Positions 1 through 11,579 of a stretch of 64,000 nucleotides of DNA are shown here, one piece after another. The stretch comes from Mustelus asterias. Its lineage: Eukaryota. Under the pieces are notes generated by a model. It had not been told where the DNA came from, did not search any database, and was given only the letters and a program-made list of their open reading frames with translations. The stretch's first letter is position 1. Each line of letters opens with the position of its first letter. Position numbers and translations under genes: made by a program. The stretch spans positions 57,970,001-58,034,000 of the forward strand of contig NC_135819.1 of assembly GCF_964213995.1 (NCBI RefSeq), in the 5' to 3' direction.

Positions 1-159
1 CTCATTGGTTGGTTGATGACAAGACAAATTACTTTTGCAAGTTTAATGGTAGAGCAGCTCAAATCACCCACCAATTTATAATGATTCACAACTCTTGGTA
101 CATCTCCTCCTCGCAACAGTTTTGGGCTTTTGCTGGCCCTATTCGAGAAACCTGACCTT

Positions 160-375
160 GTAATGGACGCTGATGCTTCATTGCAGTACCAAGAAAGTGC
201 TGCACTGACAAAGGAACCATTTTTCAGATGAAACATTTATCTCATTGCTGTTTGTGGGATTTTAGTGTGTACAAATTGAGTGGCATATTTCCCTGTACTG
301 CCATAGGGATTACACATCAAAAAAGGCATAATGACAATTTGAGGTCATAAAAGCTTCAAATGTAAAGTATTTCCT
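160..375 (+). mobile_element. Decayed Deu-domain SINE (SacSINE1/AmnSINE1-like)
   Basis: Recognisable blocks 'gtgctgcactg..tttcagatga', 'attgctgtttgtgggat..gtgtacaaattg' and an L2-like tail 'gaggtcataaaagc..aaatgtaaagt'. Related copies lie at 6.6, 22.7, 54.8 and 61.7 kb. Confidence 0.55.
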
Positions 376-589
376 TATATAATATAAGAACTTACTTTCT
401 TCTCTCCCTAGAAGCTGACTGACCTGATATGTTTTTTCAGAAATTTTTGTTTGTTTTTCAATGAAACTGTATTGATGTTTTCTGATTAGTTTATGTGAAC
501 TAGGAGCATATCATCATTTTCTTTGCATGGCATTTTGACCATCCGTGAATAAGGGTAGATGTTTGTGTCTCAGCTTCTTCAAATATGAA

Positions 590-800
590 AGCAAGAATCA
601 GAGCAGAAGTAGACTAAATGGCCTGTCGAGCCTGCTCTACCATTAAATATGATCATGGTTGATCTGGGGCTTCAACTCCATTTTCCTGTCTGTCTCCATA
701 CTACTTAATACACTGAGAAAGCAAAAATCTGTCTATCCCAGTCTTAAATGCGTTCAACGATGGAGCATCCATCAATCTCTGGGGTAGAGACTTTCAACAG
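590..800 (-). mobile_element. CR1 LINE 3' end fragment
   Basis: Homologous to the CR1 3' UTR and ORF2 end at 1440-1630 ('gagcagaagtag..ggcctgtcgagcctgctctaccatt..atcatggttgat..caactccattt'). Confidence 0.7.
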
Positions 801-1420
801 TATTGGAGCTTCAAAAATAAGCAGCCATTTTCATAAGTGATTTATTACATATGAAGCTTATTTTCCAATTTAAACTATGGACTAATTAACTGATCACTCA
901 CTAAGAAAGCGAGCCAAACTGATTGTACATCAATTCAGTATCAGATTTTAAATTCTATAAAGCTGACAAAGCTGCAATACACAATGGGCTCATCTTTTTT
1001 TTTCGACTACTGCTTTAATTTTGCATGGTAGGCACTAAACCTGAGCCGTGGGATATCTTGCAGTGCATTGTGGTTTATCAAAAATGGAAAAATAAGTTTA
1101 TTTATGCAATTGCTTCATTAAATCACTCCAATTCCAGAGAAAATCAGAACTGCTGATTTTTTGTGTGCCTTTGTGTTAACATAACCAGTTGCTGGCTCTG
1201 CAGGTATTGTAACTGTAGTGCAGCCTTGTGGGGCTGCATTGAACCTCATCAAACAGTTGGCAATTACATTCCAGGAAGTTGCTAAAATCATATTTATGCT
1301 ACCAGCATGCATTCAATTCTGACTATGCTGATCAAAATGATTCAGTCTGTTACAAATTATTCACTGCTTGCTGCCAGCTGTAGAGTTGGTAAAAATTGGA
1401 TTTTGTTCAGGGGTGTCTGG

Positions 1421-3080
1421 TAAGACCATAAGACCATAAGACATAGGAGCGGAAGTAAGGCCATTCGGCCCATCGAGTCCACTCCACCATTCAATCATGG
1501 TTGATTTCAACTCCATTTACCCGCTCTCTCCCCATAGCCCTTAATTCCTCGAGAAATCAAGAATTTATCAATTTCTGTCTTGAAGACGCTCAACGTCTCG
1601 GCCTCCACAGCCCTCTGTGGCAATGAATTCCACAGACCCACCACTCTCTGGCTGAAGAAATTTCTCCTCATCTCTGTTCTAAAGTGACTCCCTTTTATTC
1701 TAAGGCTGTGCCCCCGCGTCCTAGTCTCCCCTGTTAATGGAAACAACTTCCCTACGTCCATCCTATCTAAGCCGTTCATTATCTTGTAAGTTTCTATCAG
1801 ATCTCCCCTCAACCTCCTAAACTCCAATGAATATAATCCCACGATCCTCAGACGTTCATCGTATGTCAGGCCTACCATTCCTGGGATCATCCGTGTGAAT
1901 CTCCGCTGGACCCGCTCCAGTGCCAGTATGTCCTTCCTGAGGTGTGGGGCCCAAAATTGCTCACAGTACTCCAAATGGGGCCTAACCAGTGCTTTATAAA
2001 GCCTCAGAAGTACATCCCTGCTTTTGTATTCCAAGCCTCTTGAGATAAATGACAACATTACATTTGCTTTCTTAATTACGGACTCAACCTGCAAGTTTAC
2101 CTTTAGAGAATCCTGGACTAGGACTCCCAAGTCCCTTTGCACTTTAGCATTATGAATTTTGTCACCGTTTAGAAAATAGTCCATGCCTCTATTCTTTTTT
2201 CCAAAGTGTACAACCTCGCACTTGCCCACGTTGAATTTCATCAGCCACTTCTTGGACCACTCTCCTAAACTGTCTAAATCTTTCTGCAGCCTCCCCACCT
2301 CCTCAATACTACCTGCCCCTCCACCTATCTTTGTATCATCGGCAAACTTGGCCAGAATGCTCCCAGTCCCGTCATCTAGATCGTTAATATATAAAGAGAA
2401 CAGCTGTGGCCCCAACACTGAACCCTGCGGGACACCACTTGTCACCGGTTGCCATTCTGAGAAAGAACCTTTTATCCCAACTCTCTGCCTTCTGTCTGAC
2501 AGCCAATCGTCAATCCATGTTAGTACCTTGCCTCGAATACCATGGGCCCTTATTTTACTCAGCAGTCTCCCGTGAGGCACCTTGTCAAAGGCCTTTTGGA
2601 AGTCAAGATAGATAACATCCATTGGCTCTCCTTGGTCTAACCTATTTGTTATCTCTTCAAAGAACTCTAACAGGTTTGTCAGGCGCGACCTCCCCTTACT
2701 AAATCCATGCTGACTTGTCTTAATCCGACCCTGCACTTCCAAGAATTTAGAAATCTCATCCTTAACGATGGATTCTAGAATTTTGCCAACAACTGAGGTT
2801 AGGCTAATTGGCCTATAATTTTCCATCTTTTTTCTTGTTCCCTTCTTGAACAGTGGGGTTACAACAGCGATTTTCCAATCCTCTGGGACTTTCCCTGACT
2901 CCAGTGACTTTTGAAAGATCATAACTAACGCCTCCACTATTTCTTCAGCTATCTCCTTTAGAACTCTAGGATGTAGCCCATCTGGGCCCGGAGATTTATC
3001 AATTTTCAGACCTTTTAGTTTCTCTAGCACTTTCTCCTTTGTGATGGCAACCATATTCAACTCTGCCCCCTGACTTTCCT
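1421..3080 (-). mobile_element. Young 5'-truncated CR1 (HER1-like) LINE
   Basis: Uninterrupted RT-to-C-terminus reading frame, a 3' UTR, and an 8-bp repeat tail (taagaccataagaccataagacata at 1421-1445). Confidence 0.95.
1507..3078 (-). CDS. CR1 ORF2 reverse transcriptase domain (partial, no endonuclease)
   Basis: Motifs KSPGPDG, NYRPISLTS, YLDFQKAFDKVPH, GVPQGSVLGP, KFADD and RPHLEYC. The first ~60 aa of the track ORF come from flanking DNA. Confidence 0.92.
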   Translation of the reverse strand, partial: ESQGAELNMVAITKEKVLEKLKGLKIDKSPGPDGLHPRVLKEIAEEIVEALVMIFQKSLESGKVPEDWKIAVVTPLFKKGTRKKMENYRPISLTSVVGKILESIVKDEISKFLEVQGRIKTSQHGFSKGRSRLTNLLEFFEEITNRLDQGEPMDVIYLDFQKAFDKVPHGRLLSKIRAHGIRGKVLTWIDDWLSDRRQRVGIKGSFSEWQPVTSGVPQGSVLGPQLFSLYINDLDDGTGSILAKFADDTKIGGGAGSIEEVGRLQKDLDSLGEWSKKWLMKFNVGKCEVVHFGKKNRGMDYFLNGDKIHNAKVQRDLGVLVQDSLKVNLQVESVIKKANVMLSFISRGLEYKSRDVLLRLYKALVRPHLEYCEQFWAPHLRKDILALERVQRRFTRMIPGMVGLTYDERLRIVGLYSLEFRRLRGDLIETYKIMNGLDRMDVGKLFPLTGETRTRGHSLRIKGSHFRTEMRRNFFSQRVVGLWNSLPQRAVEAETLSVFKTEIDKFLISRGIKGYGERAGKWS

Positions 3081-3814
3081 GCACTTGCGGGGCAATCTGT
3101 GCCATCCTGCATTTTATGTATGTAATGTTTGTTGTCAAATGTATCCCCAATATAATTAAGTGTTTCCTCAAATGCTTTTGCGGAGACCATTTGTACTCAA
3201 CTGAAAGATTGATTTGTGTGTGTTCCTGTATTTGTCTCGGTCTCTTCATAACCCTGGTATTTCTCAAGTCTTATGCAGCAATTAACTGATAGCAACAGGA
3301 TCTCCACAATATTGCAAGATCTATAACTGAGTGCTAGCAACATGAATTGTATGGTAAGGGTCTAGAGAGAGTCAGAACGACATTCACCACTCTTACGACC
3401 ACAGCAGATGTTATTGCTGAGCAAGCCAGACCTCAGAATAAGGTCTATCTCATTGATCATGCACAAGTATTTTGTTAAGAAGTTTCAGTAAGTTTATTGA
3501 GAAGTTTAAAAATTAAAACATTTATTGAAAAGAAAAACTTAAGCACACAAGATTAAAATTACACAGTTAAAACAGTTTTATAGAACAACCGCCAAAAGTC
3601 CTGCTTGGTCAAAAGTACACAAGTAAGCCAGCTGCTTGGCAACAACCCCCTTATAAGTTGCAGCCATAAAAATCCAATAATATTACCCAAGATAAAGAAT
3701 TGTTGTCACTTTAATAAAGGTATACTGCATGTCTTCTCAAACACTTGCACTCTAATGTGGAATTCGAAAAGGAAGTTCAGAAACACAGTTTAGTATCTAA
3801 CACATTTCTCCCTC

Positions 3815-3925
3815 TCTTTAGTTCTGATGAAGAGCCAAATTGACTTGAAACATTCACTCTGTTTTCTCTCTCTACCCATGCTGCCAGACCGGTGGGTTTT
3901 ACCAGCATTCTCTGTTCTTGTTTCA
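3815..3925 (+). repeat. Decayed Penelope-type repeat with degenerate hammerhead ribozyme core
   Basis: CTGATGA(3824-3830)-A-GAGCC-aaatt-GACTT-GAAA(3847-3850)-CATT, followed by 'ctctgttttctctct..atgctgccagacc..ccagcattctctgttcttgtttcaga'. A more decayed relative is at ~395-460. Confidence 0.55.
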
Positions 3926-4311
3926 GAAACAAACACTCTTCTGGCTTAACACTGGGTGGCTGCCTCTAATTCAAAGCTTTCACAGCAGCTCACACAAAGG
4001 AGCTGGTCTTCAGGGCTTTCCCCCACTGCCACCACACTCAGTTAAACATCCCTCCTGAAGTATTTTTTCCCCTTTCATCTCAGGTTCCATTGTCCTCGAA
4101 CACCTCTTTGAACTCAACTTCCCCAAATGTAACAATCTTTCATGTTTTCTATTTTACCTCTACTTTTGGGTCAGTAAAATTTAATATATCTTCTCCTGTT
4201 TATTCATGAAACCTTTGTACGATGTACATGTTCCCTGTCACCCTGAACTCTTGAAATTCAACAGCTGAAAAACCAGGTTTGCCACTTATCACACAATGTA
4301 AATTTTCGATC

Positions 4312-4646
4312 CAGTGGTTAGCACTGCTGCTTCACCACCAGGAATCCGAGTTCAATTCTGAGCTTGGGTGACTGTCTCTGTAGAGTTTGCACCTTCGCCC
4401 TGTGTCTGCATGAGTTTCATCCGGGTGTTCCTGTTTCCCATCACAGTCAAAAATGTGCAGGTTAGGTGGATTAGCCATGATTTTAAAAAATTGCCCCTTC
4501 GTATCCCAAGATGTGTAGTTTAGATGGATTAACTGGTAAACGTGTGGGGTTAAGGAAATAGGGCCTGGGCAAAATATTCTGTCAGAGAGTAGGTGCAGTC
4601 TTGATGGGCTGAATGGCCTCCTTCTGCACCATAAGGATTCTATGAT
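4312..4646 (+). mobile_element. HE1-like V-SINE (tRNA head, V domain, CR1-derived tail)
   Basis: cagtggttagcactgctgc head, degenerate B box gagttcaattc, V-domain 'gagtttgcac..ctgtgtctgc', tail 'gatgggctgaatggcctccttctgcac..attctatgatt'. Confidence 0.85.
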
Positions 4647-4844
4647 TTTCTGATTATTTACTTGTAACTCAAACTCACTATAACCTCTTATTACAAATGC
4701 ATCAACCTAGTATTTGCATTTCCAAATACTGAGTCTTTACCAGGTAGAGCACCCGGGGTTTGGTAGGGCCTAATGGTAATGTTACCAGAGGTTGGGACTA
4801 ATGCTTTGGAGACATTAATTCAAGCCCCAGGCTGGGAAATTTAA

Positions 4845-5910
4845 GAACTGAAGAAATAGGAGCTGGAGGAGACCGTACGATTTGTTGAACTTGCTCCGCC
4901 ATTCAATATGATCATGACTAATCTCTGACTTCAGTCCACTTTTTCTCAAGTTCCCATTCCCTTGATTCCCTAGGAAACTAAAAATCTGTCTCTCTCATCT
5001 GTCTACCTTTGAGGTAGAGAATTGCAATGGTTCACAACCCATTTAGTGAAGAAATTTGTCCTCATCTCAGTCTAAATAATTAGCCCTTACTCTGAAACTG
5101 CTAGTGGAAATGATCCCTCGGTGCCTACTCCATCAAGCCCCTTCAGAATCTTACATGTTTCAATATGATTACCTCTCATTCTTTTATACTCCAGAGAATA
5201 TAGACCTAATTTGCTCAGCCTGTCACCATAGCACAATCCCTCTCTTCCCAGGAACCAGTCTAATGAATCTTTGCTCCAATGCAAATATATCCTTTCTTAA
5301 ATATGGAGGCCAAAGCTGCTAGCAGTATTTTAAAAATATTCTGCTCCTCTTATGACCAAAGTGACCTTACATTTCCCCATGCTATATTCCTCCGCCACAT
5401 TGTTGTTCACTCACTTACCTGTCTATAAATCTTTGTAATTATTTTGTGTCCTCTTCACAGCACGTATTCACATCTAACTTTGTATCATCTGGAATCTTAG
5501 ATGGAAAGGCAGAGAATAATATATCCAAGTCATTCACGTAGATTATAAATAGCTGAGGCCCCAGCACTGATCCTTGCAGCAGTCCACTAATCAAGTCTGC
5601 CAACTTGAAAATGGCCCATTTATACCCATTTTTTGCTTCCTGTCTGTTACCTGATCCTCTATCTGTGGTAATATATTATCCTCAACTCAGTACAAGCCTT
5701 TGTCATGTTTTTGTGGCATCCTATTGAATATTGTATATTTACTGGTTCCCCTTTTAGCTACCCCACATCCTCCAAAGCTCTTAACAAATTTGTCAAGTTT
5801 CCCTTTTGTTAAACCATGTTGACTTTGTCTGATCATGCTTTAATTTTCTTAGTGCATTGTTAAGACTTCCTTAATAATAGATTCCAGCATTTTCTGGATG
5901 ACTGATGTGA
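4845..5910 (-). mobile_element. Old CR1 LINE fragment (RT and 3' end)
   Basis: Minus strand gives decayed GSVLGPQLF and LSKLGLYSLE..MRGN..ETCKILKGLD. Many stops and indels. Confidence 0.85.
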
Positions 5911-6559
5911 GGGTGGGATTGTGTTTGGTGCAGACTTGATGGGCCAAATGGCCTCCTTTTGCACTGTCATGATTCTGTGATTTACCTGAATGGACCCCAG
6001 AAATTTCAGTGGTTGATATCAGTGAGCCCTGATAGTCTCACTATTATTTTCCACACACAATCCATGAAAACAATGTGCCCAGTAAATTGATTTTAAAGTT
6101 TTGGTCTTCTCCAACAAATTCCCTTCATGACTTTGGCCCACCTTAGCTTTATGAGTTGCCCAACCTATACATCTCCATGCACACCCTCTACGTCTCTGTC
6201 AAAGTTTTTATTTATGCTTCCAGCTCCATCATTAGTAGCTACTTTTTCAGCTGCTAGGGAGCTTTTTCCTATAAAGTCTCTACATTGTTATCTTCCTCTC
6301 TGCTTTCAAAATGCGACTATGGTACCTGTTTGGTTCATTTGTTGCATTCTCAACTCCAAGTGAGAATGCCACAGGTTCAAGCAGCACGAGGTAAAGTAAT
6401 TAACAATAGTTCATGAAGTTCCATAGACATATATTGCTTGAGGGGCAACACTGCACATCAAATATGGCATAAGGTAAAGTGAATGTCTCCATGAACTAAC
6501 ACATTTGGTACAGGGATTGAAAGAGTGACGATAGCATTATTCTGCATCACACTAGCCAT

Positions 6560-6945
6560 CTAACCAACTGAGTTAACCAAGCCTCCACTTGAGCACAAAA
6601 CAATGGCCGACACTTATGTACATTATTAAAGGAATACTGCATAGTGGGCATTCTTTCCTTCGGGGGTGTTAACCAGAGGACATGTCTGACAATTTGGGGG
6701 ACATAAAGGATCCTATGACACAACTCGAAGATCGAGAACATTATTCTGGTGTCATGATCAACATTTATCCTTTAATGCCACCAAAATGGATTATCTGGTA
6801 TTTTGCTCATTCATTATTTGTGAAACCTTGCTGTACATGAATTGGTTATTTCATTTGCATACATGCAAATAGTGATTACACTTCAAAATTCATTAATTAG
6901 CAGTGGCACACTTTGAAACATCCTGAGATTGTATATTTTCAAGTA
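6560..6945 (+). mobile_element. Decayed Deu-domain SINE
   Basis: 'acttgagcacaaaac..ccgacact', 'gattatctggt..cattatttgtgaaaccttgctgtacatgaattgg', 'gtgattacacttcaaaa..cattaatt'. Confidence 0.6.
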
Positions 6946-7127
6946 ACCTTCTCTATGACATGCTTTTCCCACTCTTCGTTGGGTCTTCATTTTTACTTTC
7001 TCCTCCTAGATAGTATTCATTATTTTTTCCTGGACTCACTTTTATTTTCCTATACTTAACAATGCAGAAAATTGGAAGATTTACTCTATTTGATGTGGAT
7101 TTTAAATGGTGCAGACAACAGAAGAAA

Positions 7128-10100
7128 ATAGAACATAGAAAAGCTACAGCACAAACAGGCCCTTCGGCCCACAAGTTGCGCCGAACATGTCCCTACCTAC
7201 TAGGCTTACCTATAACCCTCTATCTTATTAACTTCCATGAACTTATCCAAAAGTCTCTTAAAAGATCCTATCGAATCCACCTCCACCACGACTACCGGCA
7301 GCCAATTCCACGCACCCACCACCCTCTGAGTGAAAAACTTACCCCTAACATCTCCTTTATACCTACTCCCCAGCACGCTAAACCTGTGACCTCTTGTGGC
7401 AACCATTTCAGCCCTGGGTAAAAGCCTTTGAGAATCCACTCTATCAATACCCCTCAACATCTTATACACCTCTATCAGGTCACCTCTCATCCTTCGCCTC
7501 TCCAAGGAGAAAAGACCTAGCTCTCTCAACCTATCCTCATAAAGCATGCCACCTAATCCAGGCAACATCCTTGTAAATCTCCTCTGCACCCTTTATATGG
7601 CTTCCACATCCTTTCTGTAATGAGGCGACCAGAACTGGGCACAGTACTCCAGGTGGGGTCTGACCAGGGTCCTATACAGCTGCAGCATTATCTCCCGATT
7701 TCTAAACTCAATTCCTCTATTGATGAAGGTCAGTATTCCATACGCCTTCTTAACCACAGCCTCTACCTGCGACGCTGCTTTGAGCGTCCTACGAACCCGG
7801 ACCCCGAGATCCTTCTGATCTTCCACACTGCCAAGCATCTTCCCCTTAATATTATATTCTTTCATCCTATTCGACCTGCCAAAATGAACCACCACACACT
7901 TATCTGGGTTGAAGTCCATCTGACACTTCTCCGCCCAGTCTTGCATCTTATCTATGTCTCGTTGCAACTGCTGACATCCCTCAACACTATCCACAACCCC
8001 TCCAACCTTTGTATCATCAGCAAACTTGCCAACCCATCCCTCTACTTCCTCATCCAGATCATTTATAAAAATCACAAAGAGCAAGGGTCCCAGAACAGAT
8101 CCCTGGGGCACTCCACTGGTGACCGACCTCCATGCTGAAAAAGACCCATCTACAACCACTCTTTGCCTTCTGTGGGCAAGCCAGTTCTGAATCCACAAAG
8201 CAATGTCCCCTTGTATCCCATGCCCCTTCACTTTCTCAATGAGCCTTGCATGGGGCACCTTATCAAACGCCTTGCAGAAATCCATATAAACTACATCTAC
8301 TGCTCTTCCCTCGTCTGTGTCTAGTTACATCTTCAAAAAATTCAATTAGGCTCGTAAAGCATGATCTGCCTTGGACAAAGCCGTGCTGGCTGTTTCTGAC
8401 CATACTATTCCTCTCCAGATGTTCATAAATCCTGCCTCTCAGGATCTTCTCCATCAACTTACCAACCACTGAGGTTAGACTCACCGGTCTATAATTTCCC
8501 GGGCTATCTCTTCTCCCTTTCTTGAATAACGGAACCACATCCGCAATCCTCCAGAACCTCTCCTGTCTCCATTGATGACGCAAAGATCATCGCCAGAGGC
8601 TCAGCAATCTCTTCCCTCGACTCCCACAGTAACCTGGGGTACACCCCATCTGGTCCCGGCGATTTATCTAACTTGATGCTTTTCAAAAGCTCCAACACAT
8701 GCTCTTTCCTAATGTCCACATGCTCAATCTTCTCAGTCCACTGAAAGTCCGCACTGCAACTACCAAGATCCTTTTCCACTGTGAATACTGAAGCAAAGTA
8801 TTCATTGAGTACCTCTGCCATTTCTACCGGTTCTATACAGACTTTCTCACCATCACATTTGATAGGTCCTACTCCTTCACATCTTACCCTCTTGCTCTTA
8901 ACATACTTGTAAAATGCCTTGGGGTTTTCCTTTATCCTGTCTGCCAAGGCCTTCTCATGACTCCTCCTGGCACTTCTAATTTCCCTCTTAAGTTCTTTCC
9001 TACTAGTCGTATACTCTTCTAGATTTCTAACATTACCTAGTTCCCTGAACCTTTTGTAGGCTTTTCTTCTTGACTAAATTCGTTACAGCTTTCGTGCACC
9101 ATGGTTCCTGTGACCTACCATAACTCCCCTGTCTCATTGGAACGTTGCTGTGTAGAGCTCCAGACAAATTTTCCTTGAAATTTTGCCACATTTCTTCTGT
9201 ACATTTCCCTGAGAAAACCTCCTTCCAATTTATGCCTCTAATTTCCTGCCTAATAGCCTCATAATTGCCCTTACTCCAAATAAACACTTTCCTAGCTTGA
9301 CTGATCCTATCTCTCTCCAATGCTAATGTAAAGGAGATAGAGTTATGATCACTATCCCCAAAATGCTCTCCCATTGAGAGATCTGACACCTGCCCAGGTT
9401 CATTCCCTAATACCAAATCAAGTACAGCCTCTCCTCTTGTAGGCTTATCTACATACTGTGTCAGGATGCCCTCCTGAACACACCTAACAAACTACTCCCC
9501 ATCCAAACCCCTTACCCTAGGGATATTCCAAACGATATTTGGGAAATTAAAATCTCCCATCACGACCACTCTGTTATTATCACATCTCTCCAGGATCTGC
9601 TTCCCAATCTGCTCCTCCATGTCCCTGCTACTATTGGGCGGCCTATAGAAAACACTCAGTAAAGTTATTGACCCCTTCCTGTTGCGAATCCCCACCCACA
9701 GAGATTCCGTAGACAATCCCTCTGTGGCATCCATCTTTTCTACAGCCGTGACACTATCCCTGATCAACAGTGCCACTTCCCCACCTCTTTTGCCTTCCGC
9801 CTGTCCCTCCTGAAACATCTGAAACCCGGTACTTGAAGTATCCAGTCCTGTCCCTGAGATAACCAAGTCTCTGTAATGGCCACCACATCACGCTTCCAAG
9901 TAGTGATCCACGCTCTAAACTCATCCATTTTGTTCACTCCACTCCTTGCGTTAAAATATACACATCTCAACTCTTCGGTCTGAGCGCTCCCGTTCTCCTC
10001 CCTCTCACACTGTCTACAAGCCCCTTTTATTTTTAAGCTAACCTCCTCTCTCCCAGTCACCTCATTTTGATTCCCACCCCCCAACCATTCTAGTTTAAAC

Positions 10101-10541
10101 ACTCCCCAGTAGCCTTAGCAAACCTTCCCGCCAGGATATTGGTCCCCCTGGGATTTAAGTGAAACCCGTCCTTTTTGTACAGGTCGCACCTGCCCCTAAA
10201 GAGGTCCCAATAATCCAGGAACCTGAATCCCTGACCCCTGCTCCAATCCCTCAGCCACGCATTTATCCTCCACCTTATTTCGTTCCTTCCCTCACTCTCT
10301 CGTGGCACAGGCAGCAATCCCGAGATTCCTAACTTTGCGTTCCTTCTTCTTAACTCCCTATCTAACTTCCTAAACTCTCTTTTCATAACCCCTTCCCCTT
10401 TCCTGCCTATCTCAATGGTACCAGTATGCACCACGACCTCTGGCTCCTCTCCCTCCCACTTCAGGATTTCTTGGATACGGTCAGAAATATCCCTGATCCC
10501 GGCACCAGGGAGGCAAACCACCATCCGCGTTTCTCGACTTC
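7128..10541 (-). mobile_element. CR1 LINE with part of ORF1 (SGNH esterase) and full-length but frameshifted ORF2 (APE + RT)
   Basis: ORF1 DGFHLNPRG; APE YFNARS, DVVAITETWL, MGDFNFP, GDSDH; RT GVPQGSVLGP, KFADD; tail atagaacatagaa. Same subfamily as 30278-34098. Confidence 0.95.
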
Positions 10542-10814
10542 CTGAAGATAATAACATTGTTGCTGAAAGGAATTCCAAAATCTCAATAGAAGAGGAATCG
10601 TGGGAGACATGATTCAGATGGAACTCAATGTTACTGAAGGAAATTAATAATTGGGAATAGTTATGGAATTATTGGAAATTAAAGTGCATAAGGGTAAAGT
10701 GGAAACTTGTAAAATTTTCTGTTCAAATACTTGAGGGAAGAGTTCTTCCAAAAACGTCTTCGGTCAAGAGAATCAATTTCAGCAGTGACCACATACTGTT
10801 CTTTTATTACTCAT

Positions 10815-11358
10815 TGATTTGATTTGATTCATTATTGTCACATGTATTAGCATACAGTGAAACGTATTGTTTCTTGTGCGCTCTACAGACAAAGCATACC
10901 GTTCTTTGGAAAGGAGAGGATGCAGAATGTAGTATTACAGTCATTGCTAGGGTGTAGAGAAAGATCAACTTAATATAAGGTACGTCCGTTCAAACATCTG
11001 ATGGCAGCAGGGAGTCGGTTGGTACGTGACCTCAGACTTTTGCACCTTTTTCCTGACGGAAGAAGGTGGAAGAGAGTATGTCCAGGTGTGTGGGGTCCTT
11101 GATTATGCTGGCTGCTTTTCCGAGGCAGCAAAAAATGTACACAGAGTCAGTGGATGGGAGGGTTGTTTGCATGATGGACTGGGCTTCATTCATGACCCTT
11201 TCTAGTTTATTTCGGACTTCGGCAGAGCAGGAGCCATGCCAAGTTGTGATATATCCAGAAAGGATGCTTTCTATGGTGCATCTGTAAAAGTTGGTGAGAG
11301 TTGTAGCAGACATACCAAACTTCCTTAGCCTCCTGAGAAAGTAGAAGCACTGGTGGGC
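10815..11358 (-). mobile_element. Rex1/Babar LINE 3' fragment
   Basis: LTNFYRCTIESILSGYITTWHG is the typical Rex1 ORF C-terminus. Has a (TGATT)n tail and the same 3' end as the element at 59331. Confidence 0.85.
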
Positions 11359-11579
11359 TCATTGTCATTCATTGACCTTTGAATGTGACTGATGGTATTG
11401 AAGCAGCTATGACAATAATGCATCCTGCTATTAGGAAGGGGCATTTGAACCTAATTTGTCAAGGCAGCATTTTTAAAGAAGTGGATTCAGTGCTCAATGG
11501 AGAACAGCAGTGAAATTTTATGAGAAGAACTGGAGTAAGTACAGAACTTCAAAAGTCAGACCAGAACTTCAAAAGTCAA

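Noticed and set aside
1507-3267. 586-aa ORF as a domesticated or chimeric RT gene
   Set aside because: The N-terminal ~60 aa are chance read-through from the flank with a non-ATG start. The rest is an ordinary 5'-truncated young CR1 with its tail.
7620-8138. 172-aa ORF recurring at 33082-33600, plus similar ORFs at 2183-2575 and 37717-38214
   Set aside because: These are antisense shadow frames of CR1 RT. The recurrence only reflects the duplicated CR1 copies.
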